From: a virus
Lineage: Duplodnaviria; Caudoviricetes
Strand: one strand, 5' to 3'
Virus record (IMG/VR): IMGVR_UViG_3300008963_000003
Span: 1,085 to 65,084 of that record
Length of the DNA stretch: 64,000 nucleotides
In this document: in pieces, positions 38,582 through 48,100 of the stretch
Numbering within the stretch: position 1 is the stretch's first letter
Layout: each line of letters starts with the position of its first letter
The notes under the pieces: model-generated
The model's input: the letters and a program-made list of their open reading frames with translations, nothing else
Database searches by the model: none
What the model was told of the DNA's origin: nothing
Translations under genes and position numbers: made by a program

Positions 38582-39748
38582 ATGTCAGAACTATTAGAAA
38601 GTCGCTGGCAAGACACAAAGACAGCACTTCTTGAAGGCCTTCAAGGCAATAAGAAAGCAGTTATGGCTTCAACTCTTGAAAATACTCGTAGGTATCTTCA
38701 AGAAAGTGCCACTGCAGGTGCTACTTCTGCCGGTAATATCGCAACACTAAATCGTGTGATTCTACCAGTTATTAGACGTGTTATGCCAACAGTTATTGCA
38801 AACGAACTCGTTGGAGTTCAACCAATGACCGGACCAGTTGGTCAAATTCACACACTACGTGTTCGTTATAGTGACACAAGTAATGGAGCAGCAGCAGGCG
38901 AAGAAGCACTAAGCCCATTCAAGATTGCTGAAAGCTATTCAGGTAAGCCTGGTAGCAACGATGCTCCTAGTGCTACTTCATCACTAGAAGGTGAAGCTGG
39001 TAACAGATTAAGCATTCAAATCTTGAAGCAAACAGTTGAAGCTAAAACTCGTAAGCTCAGCGCACGCTGGACTTTCGAAGCTGCACAAGATGCACAAGCA
39101 CAGCACGGCATCGATGTTGAAGCAGAAATTATGGCTGCTCTTGCACAAGAAATCACTGCTGAAATTGATCAAGAAGTTCTTGCAAGTCTAGGTTCACTTG
39201 CAGGTACACCAGCAGAAACTTACGACCAAGCCGCAGTAAGTGGTACTGCTACTTTTGTTGGTGATGAGCATGCTGCACTAGCTGTTCAAATCAACAGAGT
39301 AAGCAACCTAATTGCTCAGCGTACACGTCGTGGTGCTGGTAACTGGGCAGTTGTTAGCCCATTTGCGCTAACAATTCTTCAGTCAGCAACTACAAGTGCT
39401 TTTGCTCGTACTACTGAAGGTACATTCGAAGCACCAACTAACACCAAGATGGTTGGTACACTGAACAATGCTATGAAAGTTTATGTAAACACTTATAGCG
39501 CAGACAATGCACCAGTACTTATTGGTTATAAGGGTACTTCAGAGTCAGACGCAGCAGCGTTCTACTGCCCATATATCCCACTTATGAGTTCAGGTGTTGT
39601 GCTAGATCCATCGACATTCGAACCAACTGTGAGCTTTATGACTCGCTACGGTTATGTCGAACTTAGCAACAGTGCATCGTCGCTGGGTAATGCAGCTGAC
39701 TACCTAGGTAAAGTTGCAATTACTAACAGTAACGTAAGCTTCTCGTAA
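38582..39748 (+). CDS. gp23: Major capsid protein
   Basis: VGVQPMTGPVGQIHTLRVRY, KTRKLSARWTFEAAQD, FYCPYIPL, FMTRYG. Confidence 0.96.
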   Translation: MSELLESRWQDTKTALLEGLQGNKKAVMASTLENTRRYLQESATAGATSAGNIATLNRVILPVIRRVMPTVIANELVGVQPMTGPVGQIHTLRVRYSDTSNGAAAGEEALSPFKIAESYSGKPGSNDAPSATSSLEGEAGNRLSIQILKQTVEAKTRKLSARWTFEAAQDAQAQHGIDVEAEIMAALAQEITAEIDQEVLASLGSLAGTPAETYDQAAVSGTATFVGDEHAALAVQINRVSNLIAQRTRRGAGNWAVVSPFALTILQSATTSAFARTTEGTFEAPTNTKMVGTLNNAMKVYVNTYSADNAPVLIGYKGTSESDAAAFYCPYIPLMSSGVVLDPSTFEPTVSFMTRYGYVELSNSASSLGNAADYLGKVAITNSNVSFS

Positions 39749-39763
39749 TAGATTTAAATTTTC

Positions 39764-39791
39764 AAAAATAGGCCCTACGGGGCCTATTTTT
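39764..39791. terminator. Intrinsic (bidirectional-type) terminator after capsid gene
   Basis: AAAAATAGGCCC-TACG-GGGCCTATTTTT. Confidence 0.85.
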
Positions 39792-39819
39792 ATGACTAAA
39801 TATTCACAGAGGTGAAACA

Positions 39820-39972
39820 ATGAAATATTCAAAAGAAAAAATGAAATATTACTCTTTGCTTGCACAAGGTAAAATGAAAAAAGCTGCAAAAATAAAACAA
39901 AACTTAATTGAAAGAGTACTAAAAAAACGTGCAAAAGGTAAATCTCTTTCAACTTGGCATGTTATAAAGTAA
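39820..39972 (+). CDS. 50-aa Lys-rich basic peptide (not in ORF track)
   Basis: ACTAAATA late-type box, GAGGTG SD. Sequence MKYSKEKMKYYSLLAQGKMKKAAKIKQNLIERVLKKRAKGKSLSTWHVIK. Confidence 0.6.
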   Translation: MKYSKEKMKYYSLLAQGKMKKAAKIKQNLIERVLKKRAKGKSLSTWHVIK

Positions 39973-39997
39973 TATATGATTTTTATGGAGGTTCATT

Positions 39998-40195
39998 ATG
40001 TTTACAGGAACCATTTATGTTTATAATAACAAGAGAAAATATAACATTATAAGACCAGATAAGTGGACTACTGGGCTAATAGATATTTTATTTGAACAAA
40101 AAGGTGACTACGTGGTTGGCGAAAAAGTACAATACAGATACAAAGAAGTCAACGGAAAAAGATATGCAGAATATATTAAAAAAATAAATGCATAA
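39998..40195 (+). CDS. Degenerate cold-shock (OB-fold) domain protein
   Basis: GGAGG SD. MFTGTIYVYN.KRKYNIIRPD...DILF...GEKVQY...GKRYAEYI follows CSD spacing. Confidence 0.55.
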   Translation: MFTGTIYVYNNKRKYNIIRPDKWTTGLIDILFEQKGDYVVGEKVQYRYKEVNGKRYAEYIKKINA

Positions 40196-40215
40196 TAACC
40201 CATTTTTTATACTTT

Positions 40216-40313
40216 GATAAATACTATTGTCAAAGAGGAATGAGCCTCTAGGATGAGGACTTATGCGGTGCCCGCCGCGTATTACCTAGAACGTAACATA
40301 TAAGGAGAAACAA
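40216..40313 (+). promoter_or_regulatory. Late promoter GATAAATA plus ~90-nt structured leader
   Basis: Stems AGAGG/CCTCT, TCTAGG/CCTAGA and TATGCGG/CCGCGTA precede the AAGGAG SD. Confidence 0.6.
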
Positions 40314-40763
40314 ATGGGACGTCCACTTAATAAAAGATATTTTGGTAGATTAGCAAACACAAACGATGACAGATTTGCACCTCTAAACGACAGTGAACAT
40401 AACCTCACTGCCATTGTTAAAGTAGGTTCAAACACAGTATCAGAATCGGGAATATTTCTTGCTCAAAGATCAGAAACTGTATTCAAAGTAAATGATGCAC
40501 TAGACGGCACGGCAGTAAATGCTGACGGAACCAATGTCGACGGAACTGAAGGATCCGGAAATGTTGGATTTTGCCGACTAGTTGACAAAGATGTACCTGG
40601 CGACAACGAAATGGTTGTTAAAGGATATATCGACGGCGACGGCGACGGTGTAAATATTAGAAAATTTCACAATAGAACTGTAATTGATTTTGATAATAAC
40701 AGATATACTTGGGAAGTTCAGGATGATTCTACACAAACACTACTAGTGTTAACTGCCATTTAA
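40314..40763 (+). CDS. Putative virion structural protein
   Basis: Strong SD and late promoter. First gene of the fibre cluster. Confidence 0.6.
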   Translation: MGRPLNKRYFGRLANTNDDRFAPLNDSEHNLTAIVKVGSNTVSESGIFLAQRSETVFKVNDALDGTAVNADGTNVDGTEGSGNVGFCRLVDKDVPGDNEMVVKGYIDGDGDGVNIRKFHNRTVIDFDNNRYTWEVQDDSTQTLLVLTAI

Positions 40764-40774
40764 TAGGAGTTATT

Positions 40775-41851
40775 ATGACAAAAGTAGTCAATAGAATCGG
40801 TGGCAATTATTATAAATTAAAAGTCGACGACGCTGGCGAAATAATCCTAGACGTCGGTGACAGTGGTAAAGTTACTATCGCCGGCGACTTAGATGTTTTA
40901 GGCGAACAAACTTCTATTGGCTCTACAGATTTAATTGTCAGTGATAATACAATTACTGTAAATGAAGGTGAATCCGGTGCAGGAGTTTCGTTAGGTACTG
41001 CTGGACTAATTGTAGACCGTGGTACTGAAAACAATTCTGAATTTTTATTTAACGAATCTTTAAATAGTATCAGAAATGGTACAATTGTTACAGGAAGCTT
41101 TGTATTTCAAGACAATACCCAAGCAAGTTACGGTATACATACTAGCAGTATCAGCACTCAAAACAATGAAAACTTGTATCTTTTAAACAACAGCGGATTA
41201 GGAATAATCACTGTAAATCAAGCAGGCGACTATGAAAAAAGTGTATTTAATTATGATGTTAACAATAATATCGAATTCAATGCATCAGCTGAAGATAATC
41301 TTGAACCAATCGGAGTACAAATTGATCAAACTGGCAATAGTTACGATGAAGATGCTTTAATTACAGCTAGATTATTAATTGATTATACAAGAAGCTATCA
41401 CTTGTATAACTTTCAAAATAAAATTTTATCTGATGACCTAACACCGAGCAGTGTAATAGCTAATTCAGAATCTGTTGTTATAAATGTAAATGGTGATGCA
41501 AATAACGTAGCATTTTTTACTGAAACCAATGTTGATTTGTACGGATTAACAATAAGAAAAGAATCTAATATAACAGCAGATGATTCATTGTTACAACCTG
41601 CATCTACTAGTGCAAATTTAATACTTAGAGGAAATGGCTTAGGAATAGTTCAAAATGATGATTATTTAAATTTAACAAAACAAAATAATCCTCTTGAATT
41701 AGGTGAAGTCGGAGCACCTACAGATGGAGTTACATTGTATGGAGATACACTAGCTGACGGCGGCACTGGCTTATTTTTTGTAAATCAAGACGGTACTAAT
41801 GACGAGATAGCAAGCAGAAATAAAGCATTACTTTTTAGTATAATATTTTAA
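40775..41851 (+). CDS. Putative fibre/virion structural protein
   Basis: GDLDVLGEQTSI.S.DL.V.DN.I.VN and AGLIVDRG fibre-type motifs. Confidence 0.6.
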   Translation: MTKVVNRIGGNYYKLKVDDAGEIILDVGDSGKVTIAGDLDVLGEQTSIGSTDLIVSDNTITVNEGESGAGVSLGTAGLIVDRGTENNSEFLFNESLNSIRNGTIVTGSFVFQDNTQASYGIHTSSISTQNNENLYLLNNSGLGIITVNQAGDYEKSVFNYDVNNNIEFNASAEDNLEPIGVQIDQTGNSYDEDALITARLLIDYTRSYHLYNFQNKILSDDLTPSSVIANSESVVINVNGDANNVAFFTETNVDLYGLTIRKESNITADDSLLQPASTSANLILRGNGLGIVQNDDYLNLTKQNNPLELGEVGAPTDGVTLYGDTLADGGTGLFFVNQDGTNDEIASRNKALLFSIIF

Positions 41852-41860
41852 GGATTTGAA

Positions 41861-42193
41861 ATGGCAATAAAGAACGAAATTATAACCACAACTGGAGTTG
41901 CAATATTAACAGTGCCTGCTGGTAAAAAATATGCCGTGACAACCTTACTAGTATGTAACACTGGAACCGATGACGGCACTGGTTTAAATGATACTAGTTT
42001 TAACATGTATGTATATCCAACATCTGGAAGTGCCAGCAACGAATATCAAGTACTAAATGATTTAAAAGTATCAGCCGGTGATACTTTTACTTTCAATGTT
42101 GAAAGATTGATTTTAGAAGAAAACGACACTATATGGTTAGACGGAACTGCACCTACTAATCTTACTGCTACAATAAGTTATCTGGAAGTATAA
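41861..42193 (+). CDS. Small beta-rich virion-associated protein
   Basis: TLLVCN...VSAGDTFTFNVERLILEENDTI...ISYLEV. Abuts the fibre gene. Confidence 0.6.
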   Translation: MAIKNEIITTTGVAILTVPAGKKYAVTTLLVCNTGTDDGTGLNDTSFNMYVYPTSGSASNEYQVLNDLKVSAGDTFTFNVERLILEENDTIWLDGTAPTNLTATISYLEV

Positions 42194-45100
42194 ATGGAAT
42201 TTTTTAAAAAGCAAACCATACATGAACGAAAAATAGATGACAGATCTATTATTTTAACAGCCGACGGTAATGTAGAAATAAATCCCTCTGGCGGTAATGT
42301 AAACATGACAGGAAATTTGTCTGTGACAGGAAATGTCACAGGACCAAAGACTTCAGATATACTCTATGTTACACAGGATGGTGATGATCTCAACGATGGT
42401 AAAAGTCAAGGCGCTGATGGTGCAAAACGAACAATTAAATCAGCAGTAGAAGCAGCAGTAGAAGGCACTACAATTTTAGTCGGTCCGGGCGATTATTTTG
42501 AAGAAAATCCTATAGTTCTGCCAGACAAAGTTACAATTGCAGGTACAGGCGAATTACAAAATACACAGATATTTCCTAAAAACAACACAGAAACAATTTT
42601 TTATCTCGGTAATGGATGTTATCTTTTTCAATTAACTTTTAGAGGATTGCGTGATCCAGGCTGGTGTGTAGAAATTAGACCAGGTACTTTATGTACACAG
42701 TCACCCTATGTTCAAAATTGCTCAAATATCAACGGTCCTTGGCTCAATGATGGTACAGAATTTATACCATTTGAAACTGTGCAAATAGAAGGAGTTGAAC
42801 CTGGTGCACGTCCGTTGCTTGTAGAAGATTTTCCAAATCTTCCGTTTGAAAAGCAGGTAAACGAAACCGGCGGCGGCAATGGAATGTTAGTCGACGGTGA
42901 CTTGTACAATCCTGCTAGTTTAGTTAAATCAATGGTTGCTGATGCTTTCACGCAAATTGCACAAGGTGGAATAGGCTTTCATATTACAAACTTTGGTTAT
43001 ACACAAATTGTTAGCTGCTTTACAGTTTTCTGCCGTGTTGGATTTTTAACAACCAAAGGCGGTTATTTAAGTATATCTAACAGTGTTAGCGACTTTGGTA
43101 CACAAGGTTGTGTGTCTGATGGTTTTTATCCAATTGCATACACAAATGCTAAACCAGTACAAAATTATTTTAGTAATGTAGCAAGTATTACAGTTACAAA
43201 CGCTGGATCAGGATACACTTCTGCACCTACAGTAACTATTGAACCCCCAAGTTCGCCAGGTGGAACACAGGCTACTGCGTTTGCCGACATTGATGCTACA
43301 ACCGGCGAAGTATCATCAATAACAGTTTCGGACCAGGGCAGCGGATATACCAGTGTTCCATTGGTTACTCTGTCCGGCGGCGATGCACAACTGCAAGCAG
43401 AAGCAGTTGTTAATCTTGCAACAAATACAACTATACAGATTCAAAGTTTAAGAGATAAACCACAAACTGGCAGTATAATAAAATTTGATGGCGATCCTGA
43501 GTTTTATTTTATTACTGAAAATAATATAATCGAATCTCCTTTCTTTTATGATGAAGAAATATGCAAACGAGATACTAGAAGAATTATCGATGCTGTAACA
43601 GGCGATATTGTTTTACAAACAAACTATCAAAGTATTACAGCGGCACAAAGTTATCTAAGAGGAACAGCTTCAAAAGTATTGCTAGATCAGTTAGAACCGA
43701 CAATATATGGAATAGAAACAGCTAGAGATGAAATGAAATCTGTCATTAATAATCTAGCTATGAGAGAAGAAATTGATCAACGTTTTAATATTATTTTAAA
43801 TACTTTACAAGCTGGTGATAGTGCAGGAATTCCTGATATTGTTTACAGTGATTTAAACAGTTTAGATTCCGGATTAATCAAAGCAAAAGATAATATTGTA
43901 CAAAATAGAGACTTCATAATAAATGAAGTTACAGCGTACATAAACGAACAGTTTACAGAATTAAGCTATAATTTTGAAAGATATAGAGAAGATGTCGAAC
44001 GTTTAATTCAAAATATAGCACTTTATGCACTGTTTGGTAGTGACCATCAAGTATTAAGATCTGCCCAAGAGCTAGAATTCAGAGACAGATTTAAGGACAT
44101 GTATATTGACAGTTTTAATTTTTTAAAACAAGAAATTTTAAATCTGTCTAGTGTGCAAAGCAGTGCTACAGCATCAGCAAGAGTTGAAGAAGGATTTAAC
44201 CAATTTATTAATATAATTGATGATGGCGACAGCAGTGCAATTACTACTGAATTTCCTAATCCTGATGGATTTGTACAAAATAGAATAGATGCAAAAGATC
44301 AATTACAAGCTAATAGAAGTTTTCTTGCAGCAGAATTTGTAGCATACATTGAAAATGAACCTATAATATTTGATTTTAACAGTGCAGCTTACGCTACAGA
44401 TTTTGAAAGAATTGTTGACTCTCTTACTTTTGATATTTTGTATGGCGGCGACAGTGCTACAATTCAAGAAGCAAAATATTATTTCTTTAATAATAATAAT
44501 TTTTCATCATTGGGTAACGTGCAAAAACAATTGTTAGTTGATGCATTTTCAAGAATGAGATTTGTAATTGATAGAGTAGTAAAAGGCATAACTGTAACTA
44601 AAACACCTGGCAACAGTGAAACTCAAGATACAAGCAATAATAATGCTACTAACAGTGAGTCTAGTGTTTTAGATGCCTTACTGTTTAACATCGAAGACGC
44701 TGTAGATAATCTAACGCTGGATAGACTTCCAACTAGTAGAACATTCCCAGTTATTGAAAATCAACCAAATGATCTTCAGGATGCATACAATCAAATAACA
44801 GCACAGCAAGTAACATCAACAACTAACGCAATAAATTACATTGGTGCAAATTATCCTAACAATACCTATAATGTAGAAAAATGTAAAAGAGATGTAGGAT
44901 TCATAATTGATGCAATTTACAGAGATGCACAAACTGGATCAAATCACAATACTATTACAGCTGGGTTAGCTTATAACAGAGCTAACACTGAGTATCTAAA
45001 TAGAGAACAAAAACCAGCAACCATTATAGCATTAAGACAGGCTAAATCATTAGTTGAATCAACATTGATAGATTATCCTACTTTTCAAAACAATGCTGTA

Positions 45101-48100
45101 GATTTATTTCAAAATGTTTTAGACATAATTGAATTTAATCAATTACCTAGCGAAGGAACTGAATTTCCTGATCCAGGCCCAGCGGCTGCTGAACTTATTG
45201 CTGCACGAGATCAGTTGGTTGCTAACAGAGACTTTTTAGTCGAAGAAGCAATTGCATATCTTGCAGACAATTATTTTATCTATGATAGTGATAAGTGTAG
45301 TCGAGATACTGAAATAATTCTCGATGCTGCATATTATGATAGTGCACTTGATACCAATTATAATGCAGTAACATCAGGATTAGCATATAGAAGATCTTAT
45401 AGTGCGAACGTTCTAAATGATCAATTAACGGAAACTGTTGGGGCATTAACATATACAAAAGGTTTAGCAAATACTGCGTTAAGTAGCAGCACAGTTGCTC
45501 AAACTAGAAGTGATGCAACCTTTGACGAAATTATAGACATTTTGCAAAACGGAACAGCCGAAGCAGATACTATAATATTCAATAATCCAACTGATGCAAC
45601 TTCTGCTGAAATTAATGCTAAGACAAATCTTCAAAACAATAAAGAATTTATTGCAGATGAAGCTGCGGCATATATCAATAACAATTATGTAAACTTTACA
45701 TATGATCAAACTTTGTTTAACAACGATTTAGAAGTTGTATTTGACGCTGTGGCCTTGGATAGTGCACTAGGAACAAATTATAATGCAGTTACCGCAGGTT
45801 TGTATTATCAAAGAGAGTACAATGCAACAAGGTTAGCAGATCAAAAATTACAAACTGTTGGCTCATTGGAATATTTAAAAGATAAAACTGTGTTACTAGG
45901 TCTAAGCGATACAGTTGAATCAAGAACCGTTGCAGCATTTGATGAAATTATTGATATTATTGAAAACGGAATTGTAAGCACAGATACAGCGGCAGATGCT
46001 TTACAATTTACAACACCTTCTGTATTACCAAGTACAAATGCAGTGGAAGCCAAAGATCAACTAATTGCAAATAAACAATTTTTAATTGATGATACAATTG
46101 CATATATTAACAACACTTATCCGAGTCTTGTATACGATCAAACCAAATGCGAAAGAGATTTGGGATATATTGTCGATGCCTTATGTCATGATATTCTTTA
46201 TGGTGGAAACAGTGCTACTGTATCAGCTGCTGAAAGTTATTTTAACGGCGCAGTTAGTCAGCTAGGCGCTGGACAGCAAACCGCTACCGCTGATTCGTTT
46301 GCACATTTAGCCTCAATAATTTCAAGTGTAGTAGTTAATACCGCAGTTACTCCGCAACCAAATAATAATACTTCTCAGGATACTTCTAATCCACCGGCTA
46401 CTTCAACTGAAGCAAATACTCTTGATGGATTAGTACAAATAATCGAAGATGTAATTACAGCAGGCGATACTAGCGGATTGCCCGCAGTGGTATTACCAAA
46501 CTTATCTTGGACAACACTTGATGTACAAGAAGGTTACAGTGTTATCAAATCAAATATATCTTCACTCACAGCAGATGTAAATCAATTTATTTCTGACACT
46601 TATCAAAGTTTTACATTTGATTCTGCAATCTGTAAAAGAGATACACGATACATTGTCGATGCATTAACATACGATATTCTTTACGGCGGAAACAGTGCTG
46701 TTTTTGAAGCTGCAAAAGCATATTGGTTTGGAAGTGTAAGTCAAGTTGCTGGTCAACAAGAGAGAACAGCTGAGGCATTTTCTTATATTTCTAATGTAAT
46801 TGATGAAATTATTTTAAATCAAACAATTTTGAATCCTGAACAAACTGTGTCTACACAAACAATTTCAGCCGGTGCAGGATCAGCAACTGAAGTAACAAAA
46901 GCACAAAATTCTTTACAGCTTATTCAAGATGTAATTATAAATGGTATCGATGTACTTCCTAATAAAACTTTTCCTGACATTGATTGGGTTGATTCTACAA
47001 TTCAAAATGCAGTAAACAATTTAGAAGCAGAACAAAATTCAATTGTAAATGATACTATTAACTTTATTAATACAACTTACAATGGATTTAGCTACGATCA
47101 AAACCTGTGTCGACGTGATACTGGATATGTGCTTGACGCAGTTACTCATGATTTATTGTATGGTACACAGACAACTGGTGATAAAACCAATATTGCTACA
47201 TTAATTGCAACAAGAGCATTAATACTAGGAAGTTCACAAGAAAAACTTGATCAACAAGGTATAATTACCGGAGAAGTTTATGGAAGATTAATTGTCGCTG
47301 CAAAAGCCTGTGTCGAAGGTACAGTGTTTACAAAAACTCCAGGTAATCCAGAAGATCAAGTGTTGTTAGGCAGTTACGGCGGAACCGAAGAAGTTAATAG
47401 GACAGAAGAATTATTAAATATTTACAAAACTGCTGCTGAAACAAAAAGTTTAGTAGGCACTCCAAGCGAAGTAGAACCTGATTTTAGTTGGTTAGCTGTT
47501 GATACAAGAGCAGCAGCTTCGACTTTATTAGCAGCAAAAAGCACAATTGAAAATCAAGTAATTGAATACATTACTGATAATATAATTGAATTTGAATATA
47601 ATATACAAAAGTGTGAAAGAGATACTGGCTACATTATTGATGCTGCACTGTACGATATGCTTTACGGTGGTAATAAACAGACTCGAAGAGCTGCATTAGC
47701 ATATTATAATAATGCAGTAATTCAAGGTCAAGAATTAATTACTGCTTACACATATTATTATCTTGCAGATATAATGGAAAAAATTGCCAATAATGAACCA
47801 ATTGAAAAATCTCTTGGAAACAATTTAACGCAAGATTTTAGCATACCAGATGGCAGTGAAACTGGAAGTGACATATTACAACTACTGATAGATAGAATTG
47901 CACAAAGTGTTCTAGAAGGTAGTACCGATGGTTTCACAGAAATTGAACACAATTATCAATTAGGCAGCAGTGAATATTTGGTAGAACGCGAATTAATTGC
48001 TACTAACGAATCAAGCATAGTTGATACTACAATCAGTGAAATTAATTTAGAGTTTGGCGGTAAAGCAAGTATTACAGTATTTCCAGGAATTGTCAGTGTT

